64,000 bases of DNA from contig JAZRDT010000157.1 in assembly GCA_045660385.1 (NCBI GenBank), forward strand, positions 8,079 through 72,078, given 5' to 3'. This stretch comes from Bacteroidaceae bacterium (GTDB lineage: Bacteria; Bacteroidota; Bacteroidia; Bacteroidales; Bacteroidaceae). The notes beneath the pieces are model-generated. The model saw only the letters and a program-made list of their open reading frames with translations, was not told where the DNA came from and did not search any database. Positions 8,961-18,521 of the stretch are shown piece by piece. The position numbers were made by a program, and so were the translations under genes. Positions within the stretch are counted from its first letter, which is position 1; every line of letters begins with the position of its first letter.

Positions 8961-10610
8961 ATGGGAAAAGACATTATTTTACGCATTGAAGACAGCATCA
9001 AGAAAAATTGGGATCGTGATGCTTTGACCGACTACAAAGGTTGCACATTGCAATACAAAGATGTAGCCCGTCGTATCGAAAAGTTGCACATCATGTTCAG
9101 GGAAGTAGGCATCGAGCCTGGCGACAAGATTTCGCTCTGCGGCCGCAACAGCTCAAACTGGGGTGTTGCCTTCCTTGCTACGCTGACCTACGGCGCTGTA
9201 CCCGTGCCCATCTTGCACGAGTTCAAAGCCGATAATATCCACAACATCATCAATCACAGCGACTCAAAATTAGCCTTCATTGGCGAAAGTATTTGGGAAA
9301 ACCTCAATGAAGAGGAGATTCCCAATGTGCTCGGTGTTATCCAGATTGAAGACTACAACCTGTTTATCAGCCGCGACAAGAAGTTGACATATGCTCGCGA
9401 GCACTTGAACGAACTTTTCGGAAAGAAGTTCCCCAACCGTTTCGAAAAGAACATGATTGGCTACTACCACAACAATCTTCCCGACGATTTAGCCATCATC
9501 AACTACACCAGTGGTTCTACCGGTTTCTCTAAGGGTGTAATGATTCCCTATCGTGCGGTGACCAACAATATGGCATTTGCCGACCAGGCACTCAGTCTGA
9601 AGGCCGGCATGACTATCGTATCCATGTTGCCTATGGCACACATGTACGGCATGGCCTTTGAGTTCCTCTATGAGCTTACTGCAGGTATGCACATCTACTT
9701 CCTTACAAAGATACCTTCACCGAAGATTATCTTCCAGGCACTTAACGAGATTAAGCCCTCAGTAGTTGTTGCCGTACCTCTCATCATCGAGAAGATTATC
9801 AAGAAGAACGTGATACCGAAACTTGAGACTCCGAGCATGCGTCTCCTGCTTAAGGTCCCCATCGTAAACGAGGCCATCCTCACCAAGGTACGCGAGACCA
9901 TGATCAGTTCATTCGGAGGCAACTTCTACGAAGTCATCGTAGGTGGCGCAGCCTTCAACCAGGAGGTAGAGACATTGCTCCACCAGCTCAAGTTCCCCTA
10001 CACAGTAGGATATGGTGCCACAGAATGTGCCCCCATCATCTGCTACGAAGACTGGAAGAAGTTCGTACCTGGCTCATGCGGTAAGGCCGCTTACGGCATG
10101 GAGGTGCGCATCAATTCTTCAGATCCCGCCAACATTCCCGGCGAGATTCTCGTAAAGGGTCCCAACGTGATGCTTGGTTACTACAAGAACGAGGAAGCTA
10201 CTGCCGAAACCATCGATGCCGATGGCTGGTACCACTCAGGTGACCTTGGCGTGATGGATGCCGATGGCAACGTATTCATCAAGGGACGCTCGAAGAACAT
10301 GCTTCTCGGCCCCTCCGGACAGAACATTTACCCCGAGGAGATTGAGGATCAGCTCAACAGCCTCCCCTATGTTGCCGAATCACTCGTCATTCACCGCGAC
10401 GGCAAACTGGTAGCTCTCATCCACCCCGACTACGACACTGCCTTCAAAGAGGGTAAGAGCGTCAAGGATGTAGCAGTACAGATGGATGAAAATCGCACTG
10501 AGCTCAACAAGAATCTCCCCGCTTATTGCCAGATCGCAAGCATACAGATTCAGAGCGAAGAGTTCGAGAAGACTCCGAAGAAGAGCATCAAGAGATATCT
10601 GTATCAATAA
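8961..10610 (+). CDS. AMP-dependent synthetase/ligase (long-chain acyl-CoA synthetase-like)
   Basis: AMP-binding signature INYTSGSTGFSKGV and a C-terminal ...GWYHSGDLG...GRSKN... motif. Confidence 0.85.
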   Translation: MGKDIILRIEDSIKKNWDRDALTDYKGCTLQYKDVARRIEKLHIMFREVGIEPGDKISLCGRNSSNWGVAFLATLTYGAVPVPILHEFKADNIHNIINHSDSKLAFIGESIWENLNEEEIPNVLGVIQIEDYNLFISRDKKLTYAREHLNELFGKKFPNRFEKNMIGYYHNNLPDDLAIINYTSGSTGFSKGVMIPYRAVTNNMAFADQALSLKAGMTIVSMLPMAHMYGMAFEFLYELTAGMHIYFLTKIPSPKIIFQALNEIKPSVVVAVPLIIEKIIKKNVIPKLETPSMRLLLKVPIVNEAILTKVRETMISSFGGNFYEVIVGGAAFNQEVETLLHQLKFPYTVGYGATECAPIICYEDWKKFVPGSCGKAAYGMEVRINSSDPANIPGEILVKGPNVMLGYYKNEEATAETIDADGWYHSGDLGVMDADGNVFIKGRSKNMLLGPSGQNIYPEEIEDQLNSLPYVAESLVIHRDGKLVALIHPDYDTAFKEGKSVKDVAVQMDENRTELNKNLPAYCQIASIQIQSEEFEKTPKKSIKRYLYQ

Positions 10611-10630
10611 TCGAACAGTGCATTGCAAAT

Positions 10631-10661
10631 AAAAAAGCGTTTCAGTTGAAACGCTTTTTTT
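10631..10661. terminator. Bidirectional terminator
   Basis: aaaaaagcgtttc-agtt-gaaacgcttttttt between convergent genes. Confidence 0.75.
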
Positions 10662-10684
10662 GTTTATCTCATAGACAGATGTTA

Positions 10685-12178
10685 TCAAATTGCCAATGGC
10701 TCACCCTTCTCAAAGTCATAAAGAGTCTTACGCATGATATCCGCCAAACTGAGCTGATAGGCAATGTAGGCACTCAGGTGGTTGCGATAGGCGCTATTGA
10801 GACGATTGCGCTCGAGTGCCAATGTCTGGCTATCAATATCTCCATCAGAGAAACGCTGGAGCGTAATCTCAAAACTCTTCTCAGCGATAAGCACATTCTT
10901 CTCAAGCAATTGCAAACGCTTGAGGTTATTGTTGAGCTGTGCCACTGAGTTGCGTGTTTCTGTCTCGATTGATCGTTCCAATTCCTCCTTTGCCAAATAG
11001 TTTTGACGTTGACGAGCCTCTGCCGCACGCACGCGTGCTTTGTTCTCTCCCCAATCCAGAATGGGCACCGACACGGTAAGTCCCACACCATAGTTGATCG
11101 GACGGTTCATAAAGTCATTCGCCGATGTCTGGATAACACTACCATAGGCAGTCGAAAGATCGTTCATACTTGTACCCGTTTTCTGCACATAGGCATCAAA
11201 GTATCCACGCACCATGCCGTCGGCCTTGCGCTGACGAATACTCATCTCCTGCTGTTCGATAGCAATGTCCTGATCGCGCAGTTCAGTGCGGTTCTTCAAA
11301 GCATACTCCACAGCCTTTTCCGCATCGACAACAATGATATTATATTTCAGCTCATCATTGAGCACTACGCTATCAGAAAGTTCAATACCCAACAATTCCT
11401 TGAAGCTGTTCACCGCTGATTCCTGATTGATAAGCGCCATCTCATAGCTATTCTGTGCCTCAGCCAGGTCAACCTCCATCTGCAAAGCATCCACCTCACG
11501 AATAAGTCCTGATGCATATTTGTTCTGTGCAATCAGATTCGCCTCATTCTGTCGCTCGTAGTCAAGCAATGCAATCTCGGTACTGCGCTGCAGAGACAAC
11601 AGATTGTAGTAAGCACTGCTCACGCGATAAACGAGATTCAGTTCCTCGCGACGCAACGATTTGTTGGTACGTTCATAATCCAGCTTTGCTGACTTTAGCG
11701 ATGAGCGTATCGCATTGTATCCATACAGCGCATCGATGGGCTGGCGCAAACGCAGGCGCGTATTAAATGTAGACGAACGGTCATCATTGTAGAGGTCATC
11801 ATAGCTGTTCAGACTCGTTTCCCAATAGATGTTACCATTGGTTATCAGCGGTTGGTTCACCGTAACCGTACCGCCATAGTCCATACGCTTGACAGAATAG
11901 AAAGACACACCGGTAGTGTCGTCCCATGTACGAACCGTCTGGTTAAACTCAGGCATAGTAAGACTGAAATCGATGTGCGTTTTCAAGCTACTGGTTGCAG
12001 ACTTCAAGTTATATTCAGCTATTTTCAGGTTCTCCTGCAGATTTTGCATCGTATAACTCTTCTCTTTCGCAAGTTCCACGCTTGCTTCCAATGTAAGATA
12101 ATAGGTTTCAGCTTTAACGTACACACTTGCAAACAGTAAACAGAGCAAGGTTGTAAATTTTATATTTTTTGCAGTCAT
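10685..12178 (-). CDS. TolC-family outer membrane efflux protein
   Basis: Signal peptide and a duplicated OEP repeat. Last gene of the ABC efflux operon. Confidence 0.85.
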   Translation of the reverse strand: MTAKNIKFTTLLCLLFASVYVKAETYYLTLEASVELAKEKSYTMQNLQENLKIAEYNLKSATSSLKTHIDFSLTMPEFNQTVRTWDDTTGVSFYSVKRMDYGGTVTVNQPLITNGNIYWETSLNSYDDLYNDDRSSTFNTRLRLRQPIDALYGYNAIRSSLKSAKLDYERTNKSLRREELNLVYRVSSAYYNLLSLQRSTEIALLDYERQNEANLIAQNKYASGLIREVDALQMEVDLAEAQNSYEMALINQESAVNSFKELLGIELSDSVVLNDELKYNIIVVDAEKAVEYALKNRTELRDQDIAIEQQEMSIRQRKADGMVRGYFDAYVQKTGTSMNDLSTAYGSVIQTSANDFMNRPINYGVGLTVSVPILDWGENKARVRAAEARQRQNYLAKEELERSIETETRNSVAQLNNNLKRLQLLEKNVLIAEKSFEITLQRFSDGDIDSQTLALERNRLNSAYRNHLSAYIAYQLSLADIMRKTLYDFEKGEPLAI

Positions 12179-12199
12179 AATCGGCTTGTTGCTTTATTT

Positions 12200-12904
12200 C
12201 TAGTCTATAATTGTTCGTTTCGGATTCAAACGGTCATAATGAATGGTTCCATCCTTAATATATACATTTCGGATGGCATAGTCTGCAATCTCCTGCTCGT
12301 GAGTAATGAGAATAATCGTGTTGCCCTCACGGTGCAGTTCATTGAAGAGTCGCATAATTTCAATACCTGTCTTTGAGTCCAACGCTCCCGTAGGCTCGTC
12401 AGCCAGCAGGATACCTGGGTTTGTAACCAAAGCACGTGCAATGGCTACGCGCTGACGCTGACCACCTGACAATTCGCTCGGCTTATGATGCATGCGGTCG
12501 GCCAATTTCACACGCTCAAGCGCACGAACAGCACGTTCCCTACGCTCAGCAGCAGGTACACCGGCATAGGCCAGTGGCAGTTCCACATTCTGCACCGCAT
12601 TGAGTTTGGGCAAAAGATTGAAGTTCTGGAACACAAAACCAATCTCCTTGTTACGCATGGCAGAAAGCGCATCATCATCCAGTTTGCTCACATCGACACC
12701 ACGAAACTTATATTCACCTGTCGAGGGGGTATCAAGGCAACCCAATATATTCATAAAGGTACTCTTTCCCGATCCCGACGGTCCCATGATGCTCAGATAT
12801 TCACCATGCTGAATATTCAGGTTTACATTTTGCAAAGCCATAACCACGTTATCGCCCATTTCGTAACGTTTGGTTATATTGGTTATTTCAATTAGATTAC
12901 TCAT
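12200..12904 (-). CDS. ABC transporter ATP-binding protein (MacB/LolD type)
   Basis: Walker [10 protein letters not shown], signature LSGGQRQR, Walker B LLADEPT. Confidence 0.93.
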   Translation of the reverse strand: MSNLIEITNITKRYEMGDNVVMALQNVNLNIQHGEYLSIMGPSGSGKSTFMNILGCLDTPSTGEYKFRGVDVSKLDDDALSAMRNKEIGFVFQNFNLLPKLNAVQNVELPLAYAGVPAAERRERAVRALERVKLADRMHHKPSELSGGQRQRVAIARALVTNPGILLADEPTGALDSKTGIEIMRLFNELHREGNTIILITHEQEIADYAIRNVYIKDGTIHYDRLNPKRTIID

Positions 12905-14135
12905 AGCGAATAGAATCTACAGGTTTCAGATTGGCAGCATTCTTAGCCGGCAGGTAACCGAATACAACACCTACCACTACGGAGAATGCGAAAGCAATGA
13001 TGATACTATATAATCTGATATAGGTACTCACATCAGTAAACACCGACACCAAGAGCGACAGCGACACACCGGCCACTACACCAATGATACCGCCTGCTAT
13101 ACTGATTACCACGGCCTCTGTAACAAACTGGCTCATGATATCACGTTTGCGTGCGCCAATGGCACGACGAATACCAATCTCACGGGTACGCTCCATCACC
13201 GTAGCCAACATGATATTCATAATACCGATACCACCCACCAATAGGGATATGGCAGCAATAGCAGCCAGCAGGAAATTGTAAATCTGGCGCTCCTTCTCTT
13301 CCTGTTTGAGCAACTCGAGCGGAATCACAATACCATAGTCCTCGTTGTTGAAGTGGTGTCGTTTGATGATTTCATTCACCAAAGCCGACGTCTCCATCAG
13401 GCGCTCTGAATTCTCTACCTGAATAGTCAGCTGCTGAATTTCACTTTCAAGAGCATTACCACGAGAAAAACGATCAAGAAACATCGACAAGGGCACATAG
13501 ACGTCCGTATTAAGATCACGAGCCGCCAATTCACCCACCGTTTCGGCAAAGAGTGCCTTCGACTCCAGCACCCCGACCACTTCGAGCCATTGGTCTTCAA
13601 TCTTAATCATCTTACCTATGGGATCTTCCTTCTGGAAGAGTGAGAAGGCGATGCCTGCTCCCAGCACACACACCTTCAGTTTGCCATCATAATGCACCTT
13701 ACCCACAAATTCTCCTTCGCTAATCTGATAGTTGAGGATATCATAGAAATCGGGAGTAACACCGATTACAGATGACTTCACCGTTCTATTGCCATATTTC
13801 ACATCGGCATTGATCTCAGCCTGCGCCGCTATACGCGACACCCCAGGAACGATTTCACGAATCACCTCGGCATCAAGCAACGAGAGACCCGGTGAAAACT
13901 TCGTGCGCACCTCCTCCAGTTCCTCATCCGACATATCCTTTTCGCGCACAATAATATTGTTCACACCCAAGTCTTGATACTTGGCTATAGCCTCACGCTT
14001 CGCTCCCTCACCGATCGACAACATGGCAATCACCGATGCCACACCAAAGATAATACCCAGCATCGTCAAGAACGAACGGAACTTATGGTCGGCCAATCCT
14101 TGAAAGGCAACCTTTATATTTTCGCTATATTCCAC
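12897..14135 (-). CDS. ABC transporter permease (MacB/FtsX-like, 4 TM with large periplasmic domain)
   Basis: N-terminal MacB_PCD-like region and a C-terminal FtsX-type TM bundle. Overlaps the ATPase start by 8 nt. Confidence 0.9.
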   Translation of the reverse strand: MEYSENIKVAFQGLADHKFRSFLTMLGIIFGVASVIAMLSIGEGAKREAIAKYQDLGVNNIIVREKDMSDEELEEVRTKFSPGLSLLDAEVIREIVPGVSRIAAQAEINADVKYGNRTVKSSVIGVTPDFYDILNYQISEGEFVGKVHYDGKLKVCVLGAGIAFSLFQKEDPIGKMIKIEDQWLEVVGVLESKALFAETVGELAARDLNTDVYVPLSMFLDRFSRGNALESEIQQLTIQVENSERLMETSALVNEIIKRHHFNNEDYGIVIPLELLKQEEKERQIYNFLLAAIAAISLLVGGIGIMNIMLATVMERTREIGIRRAIGARKRDIMSQFVTEAVVISIAGGIIGVVAGVSLSLLVSVFTDVSTYIRLYSIIIAFAFSVVVGVVFGYLPAKNAANLKPVDSIRYE

Positions 14136-14179
14136 TGTATTGTTTTTGTTAAACTGTTTGTAAAGAATAGTAACTGTCC

Positions 14180-15175
14180 CTATTTCTTGACATCCTCCAA
14201 GTATTCACAGCTGACAGTCATACCCGGCTTCAAACGCTCGTCAGACACAAGTAATCGCACCTCTACGTCAAACACCTTCTGGCGAGGATTATTATAGTCG
14301 CGTGGATGGCAGAAACGGCCAATGCGCGACACCTCACCCTCAAAAGCGACTTCAGGAAGTGCATCCAAGCGTATAAGCACCTTTGTTCCCACGTTGATAC
14401 GCAAGAAATCATTCTCATTGATGCAAGTCTCCACCTTCATCCAAGTAAGGTCAGGAACATAGCCCATCGAGTTTCCGCGCCACACCTCATCACCCACTTG
14501 AAGCAGTTGGCCCGAGCGCCAGTTGCGATGAATCTGGAAGATACCCGGGATCTCCGAACGGATGGTTAGTTGGGGAATGATGTCGTAGGCATTCTGTATG
14601 TCCTTACGAATTTGATTCACACGTATCTGCTGTATTTTCAGATCATTGGCATTGATAATCTCATTGAGTTCGAGTTTGCGTTTTGCCAGATTAAGCGCTA
14701 TCGTTGCCTGCTGAAACTCCAGTTCCTTGATTTTCTTCGTACGCTCCGATTCAAACTGAGCAGCTTCAAGCGTCAGTTTGCGAAGCTCATACGTAGCCAG
14801 TTCAGATTTGATGGTCGATTCATTCTCACTGCCACGGTTTTCTTGATTTACTAGCATTGTCTCGAGCGAAGCCAACTGCGATTCCAACGCCGTCTCGCGG
14901 TCCACGATATACTTGGTCACATCTGCGGGATCCAGTTGGATAACCGAATCACCGGGTTGTATAACCTTTCCATGTTCTTCAAGTCCAATGATTCGCATCG
15001 AGCTCCATCGTCCGAAACGAGGCATCACAAAAGCCTTTGTACGCACAGCCGACAACTCGCCGGTCTCCACGATGGAAGTGCTTTTGCGTTCAGCCTCCTT
15101 ATCGCCGCCAAGTATGCCTCCTTCACAAGCTACAAGAAGCGGCAACACGCATAGATATTTGAGTATGTTCTTCAT
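14180..15175 (-). CDS. HlyD/MacA-type periplasmic adaptor lipoprotein, paralogue 3
   Basis: Lipobox LLVAC/EGG, a coiled-coil segment, and a beta-barrel C-terminus. Confidence 0.8.
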   Translation of the reverse strand: MKNILKYLCVLPLLVACEGGILGGDKEAERKSTSIVETGELSAVRTKAFVMPRFGRWSSMRIIGLEEHGKVIQPGDSVIQLDPADVTKYIVDRETALESQLASLETMLVNQENRGSENESTIKSELATYELRKLTLEAAQFESERTKKIKELEFQQATIALNLAKRKLELNEIINANDLKIQQIRVNQIRKDIQNAYDIIPQLTIRSEIPGIFQIHRNWRSGQLLQVGDEVWRGNSMGYVPDLTWMKVETCINENDFLRINVGTKVLIRLDALPEVAFEGEVSRIGRFCHPRDYNNPRQKVFDVEVRLLVSDERLKPGMTVSCEYLEDVKK

Positions 15176-16398
15176 TTCTTCTCCTTCTCTTTTTCTACGA
15201 TTGCGGGATCCACGAGAGCCACTTTGTCACCTTCATCCAGTCCCTCCTCAATGATTACATAATCTGAATTGGTAGGTCCCGTCTGTACCATTACCTTATC
15301 ATATCCTGCCACCGTCTTTTTGAACACATAGCTCTTGTCACCCTCCACATGCAACGCCTCGAGGGGGACGTAGCAAACATCATTGATTTCATCCACGATG
15401 ATACGGCAACTTACCGTCAGTCCGGGCAACAGATTCCTGTTATATTGATCTATAACAATTTCAATGGGGAACACCTTGATTTTCGAATTATTGTCCTTGT
15501 TTTGTGCCAGGTTCGCAACGGTAGTTACGGTACCCGTAAAGATACTGTCCGAGAATGCATCGGGACGTATCTGCACTTTCAAACCTTTCGTCACCTGCGA
15601 TATATCCACCTCATTGATGTTCACCTTTGCCTTCAGTTTCGACAAGTCAGGCAACTGTATCAATTGCTGCTTCGACCAGCACTGGTCTCCGGCTTGATAT
15701 TTCGAACTGGTACTGTGATTGCGCGACACGATAGCGATACCGGGCGAAGGAGTTACCACAAACAATTTGTCAAGAGTACTATGCGCTTCGGCCAATCGCT
15801 CTTCATCCTGACGGATAGAGAGACGTTTCTTCTTCACCTCTTCAGCCTGTATTCTACGGCGATTTTCAATCTGTTCCTTTGCACGGGCAAGCGAGATATC
15901 TGCTTTTTCCAGATTCAGTTGGATTTCACGCTTTTTAATTTCACTTTCGTGCGATGCCGACTCCAGCTGCATTCGTGATATCTCGTGACTGATGCGTGTC
16001 ACCTCATAGTCAGCATTCAGTTCCTCCATCTGTAGTTCATGTTGGGCAAGCATCTTCTCCAGTTCTGCATTGCTCACCACCAGACGGTCTTCGTAGTCGA
16101 GTATCGACTTTCGCACTTCGGCGGGATCAAAGGTTATGACCGTATCACCAGCCTGCACCTCATCACCATCCGTCACAATGTTGGATATCTTCAGATTACC
16201 AAATCGCCAAGGGATATCAGGAGAAGAGATATTGATAGAGTTGACAGCCTCAATCTCTCCCTCTTCATATATGTCAACATAGAAGACACCTTTCGTCACT
16301 TTTGCTTCGGGCACCTGCACATCAGCCTTCTTGCCGCACGATACGACAAGTGCTCCCACACAGCAAAGCAATACAGTCCATTTTGATTTGTTATTCAT
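15172..16398 (-). CDS. HlyD/MacA-type periplasmic adaptor lipoprotein, paralogue 2
   Basis: Lipobox LVVSC/GKK and a long coiled coil. 4-nt overlaps with both neighbours. Confidence 0.8.
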   Translation of the reverse strand: MNNKSKWTVLLCCVGALVVSCGKKADVQVPEAKVTKGVFYVDIYEEGEIEAVNSINISSPDIPWRFGNLKISNIVTDGDEVQAGDTVITFDPAEVRKSILDYEDRLVVSNAELEKMLAQHELQMEELNADYEVTRISHEISRMQLESASHESEIKKREIQLNLEKADISLARAKEQIENRRRIQAEEVKKKRLSIRQDEERLAEAHSTLDKLFVVTPSPGIAIVSRNHSTSSKYQAGDQCWSKQQLIQLPDLSKLKAKVNINEVDISQVTKGLKVQIRPDAFSDSIFTGTVTTVANLAQNKDNNSKIKVFPIEIVIDQYNRNLLPGLTVSCRIIVDEINDVCYVPLEALHVEGDKSYVFKKTVAGYDKVMVQTGPTNSDYVIIEEGLDEGDKVALVDPAIVEKEKEKK

Positions 16399-17609
16399 AA
16401 TATAATATGCTTTTCGTCGGGTTTTATCATCGTTATTTCTTCACCCTCGTCAACACCTTCGGCTATGACAGAGTTTCGGGGTGTAGTTATCGAGAGTTTC
16501 ACTTCGCGTTCTTCATATTTCTTTCCTTTGCGCACATATACCACATTGACAGAGTCGCGATGATACACACACACCGTAGGCACCACAAGCATATCGGGCA
16601 GATGTTGCAGGAAGATACGACAGTTTACACTGAGTCCGGGATCAATGGGCTGCAGGAAGCTATCCACCGAAGCTTCAATTTCAAAGGTCTTCACCTCCGA
16701 TCCATCGGTACGTTTCAGTCCCATAGCTGGCAACTTTGTGATACGTCCCCATGCACGGTTTCCCGGCATCGCATCAAACGTATATTCTACCGAGTCGCCC
16801 ACTTCAATACGCTTATATTCTGTTTCCTGTGCATAGATAAGCACCTTCATGCTATCCATATTAGGCATCGACACGATAGAGCGGCCATCCCATACGTTAT
16901 CGCCCACGTTCCATGTTTCTCCGCCCCAGGGCCATCTTCTTGAACGAATGGCCAATCCATCCTCCGGGGCCAACACCACGAGTGATTTCATCAGTTCACG
17001 CTGACGTTCCACGCGTCGTTCCACCTGTGCTATTTGACTCTCAATCTTTTTTATATCGGCCCTATTCATCGCCTCCTGCGCTGTTATCTGTTTGTCCAGT
17101 CGCGAGCGATTGATGGTAGCCTGTTCCATCTGCAGTTCCTTGATACGCCGTTCGGTCGGACTAAGATACAGCAGCTGCACCGAGTCAAGCCCTGCTATCA
17201 ATGTTTCCGCATCATTGGTCCTTACTTGCGCATCAAGAAGCGCCATCTCCATCTCGGCATTCGCCTTGGCCGATTCCAGATCGGCATATGCATTTTCAAG
17301 AGACAATACCCATCGTTCATATTGCTCCTCAATGCCAGCATCCTCAATCACAAAAAGTGTATCTCCTTTTTTTACCAGCGTTCCATTTTCGACAATGTAT
17401 TTGATGCTACCGTCAGCATCGTGAGGACAAGTGAACGCCTGCGAGTTCACTGATTCGGCAAAACCTTCGACACGTAGAATATCATCGAATGCTCCTCGAT
17501 GCACAGTATGCAGCATAAGATTATCGCTTGTTTCTGAAGAACAAGCCACAAATGTCATACTCAACATTGCCATCAAGCACGACAATACAAATCCTTTACG
17601 ATAACGCAT
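16395..17609 (-). CDS. HlyD/MacA-type periplasmic adaptor lipoprotein, paralogue 1
   Basis: Lipobox TFVAC/SSE and a coiled coil. The track start at 17612 is a TTG, so I use the adjacent ATG (17607-17609). Confidence 0.8.
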   Translation of the reverse strand: MRYRKGFVLSCLMAMLSMTFVACSSETSDNLMLHTVHRGAFDDILRVEGFAESVNSQAFTCPHDADGSIKYIVENGTLVKKGDTLFVIEDAGIEEQYERWVLSLENAYADLESAKANAEMEMALLDAQVRTNDAETLIAGLDSVQLLYLSPTERRIKELQMEQATINRSRLDKQITAQEAMNRADIKKIESQIAQVERRVERQRELMKSLVVLAPEDGLAIRSRRWPWGGETWNVGDNVWDGRSIVSMPNMDSMKVLIYAQETEYKRIEVGDSVEYTFDAMPGNRAWGRITKLPAMGLKRTDGSEVKTFEIEASVDSFLQPIDPGLSVNCRIFLQHLPDMLVVPTVCVYHRDSVNVVYVRKGKKYEEREVKLSITTPRNSVIAEGVDEGEEITMIKPDEKHIIL

Positions 17610-17636
17610 CAAAGATATAAGATTTATAAAGTTTCA

Positions 17637-17644
17637 CAAAAGTA
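17637..17644 (-). promoter_or_regulatory. -7 box (TACTTTTG on minus strand) for the ABC efflux operon
   Basis: caaaagta on the plus strand, 28 nt upstream of ATG 17609. Confidence 0.5.
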
Positions 17645-17873
17645 GTTCAAAGAATTCAATAAATCAAATGGCACAACAGAAAAATCCCCATACGCCCAAC
17701 TCTTTAACATTTATTAGGCAAGTAATTACCAATGAAACAAAGAATGATGGAGTAGAATTAGACAAGCTAAAGTTCTTGGTACGCGTCTGCCTACACACAA
17801 AACAACGTTTCCTTCGCAAGAAACGACAAAGTATAGCTCATGCAACGTACAAAAAAGGAAAGGTAATGATATA

Positions 17874-18108
17874 GCAGTTGTCCAAACTCTAGGATTGTCC
17901 CCCTAGTTTAGGGGGCGTAGCAAGGTCTATAGAGGGTTGGCTAAATGCCAAGCCGTGCCGAGCGAGGGGAGTGTAGTGCTCTGCACGACGGAGGACCCGG
18001 TAGGGAGCGCAGCGGAGGGGGTATTATCCCAGAAAGTCGTACCACCTCCCCCTCTTCGAGGGTACTCCTCCTACCCTAGGAGGAGAATTTAAGGTTTTGG
18101 ACAACAGC
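17874..18108. mobile_element. MITE-like non-coding element (~235 bp) with terminal inverted repeats
   Basis: Left end GCAGTTGTCCAAAC, right end GTTTTGGACAACAGC (reverse complements apart from 1-2 nt). TA-rich flanks (..gatata | tatatt..). The interior is packed with C5/G5 and short tetraloop hairpins. No credible ORF. Confidence 0.5.
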
Positions 18109-18120
18109 TATATTATTACC

Positions 18121-18154
18121 AAAGAAAAGAACGAGCAACTTCCGTTGCTCGTTC
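18121..18154 (-). terminator. Terminator downstream of tRNA-Ser
   Basis: 11-bp stem gaacgagcaac / gttgctcgttc with loop ttcc, followed on the minus strand by a T-rich run. Confidence 0.7.
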
Positions 18155-18159
18155 TCTGC

Positions 18160-18243
18160 GGAAAGGGAGGGATTCGAACCCCCGGTGCCTCTCAGCACGG
18201 CGGTTTTCAAGACCGCTGTAATCGACCACTCTACCACCTTTCC
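18160..18243 (-). tRNA. tRNA-Ser (anticodon UGA), class II with long variable arm
   Basis: Minus-strand read: GGAAAGGTGGTAGAGTGGTCGATTACAGCGGTCTTGAAAACCGCCGTGCTGAGAGGCACCGGGGGTTCGAATCCCTCCCTTTCCG. It has a 7-bp acceptor stem, anticodon loop CT-TGA-AA, and T-loop GGTTCGAATCC. CCA is not encoded. Confidence 0.9.
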
Positions 18244-18278
18244 AGTGCTTTTAGGAGTGTTCCTTTTCAAAAGCGATG

Positions 18279-18286
18279 CAAAGGTA
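18279..18286 (-). promoter_or_regulatory. -7 box (TACCTTTG on minus strand) for tRNA-Ser
   Basis: caaaggta on the plus strand, ~36 nt upstream of the tRNA 5' end. Confidence 0.5.
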
Positions 18287-18484
18287 GAGGTATTTTTTGA
18301 AACACGCAAGCCTTTCTCAGTTTTTTTTCAAAAAAAATCAAAAAAAGTTGTTTTTCCCTTCGTTTTACTCCCATTAATAACCATTGAAGGTCATTTTACG
18401 CACTCTATCCTCACATTTCTCATTACTTTACCGTTCTCCACAAAATCTTCATCGAGTATGTTATATACATTCACAAAAAAATGT

Positions 18485-18492
18485 TAATTTTG
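18485..18492 (+). promoter_or_regulatory. -7 box (TAATTTTG) for mutS2
   Basis: 30 nt upstream of ATG 18522. This supports the shorter mutS2 start. Confidence 0.55.
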
Positions 18493-18521
18493 CACCATTA
18501 TATAAAATAGGATATACACAC

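Noticed and set aside
17874-18243. tRNA-Ser as the attachment site of an integrated island
   Set aside because: There is no integrase and no direct repeat of the tRNA 3' end in the window. Downstream of the tRNA lie an ordinary efflux operon and a small MITE-like element only.
17668-18487. Track ORFs around the tRNA/MITE region (17668-17874, 18076-18309, 18097-18300, 18185-18487)
   Set aside because: They overlap the tRNA-Ser gene, its terminator or the MITE-like element. Their composition and context are non-coding.
18384-18521. N-terminal extension of mutS2 given by the ORF track (also 21082 for the TRIC gene, 57640 for nadE, 2275 for rfbD, 44733 for the GT gene)
   Set aside because: The extensions run through promoter boxes or repeat DNA and add non-homologous residues. 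Internal ATGs restore canonical N-termini: MIYPNNFEQK, MMNISFVD, MQHGFIKVGA, MLKNILVTGANG and MKTIVVSA.
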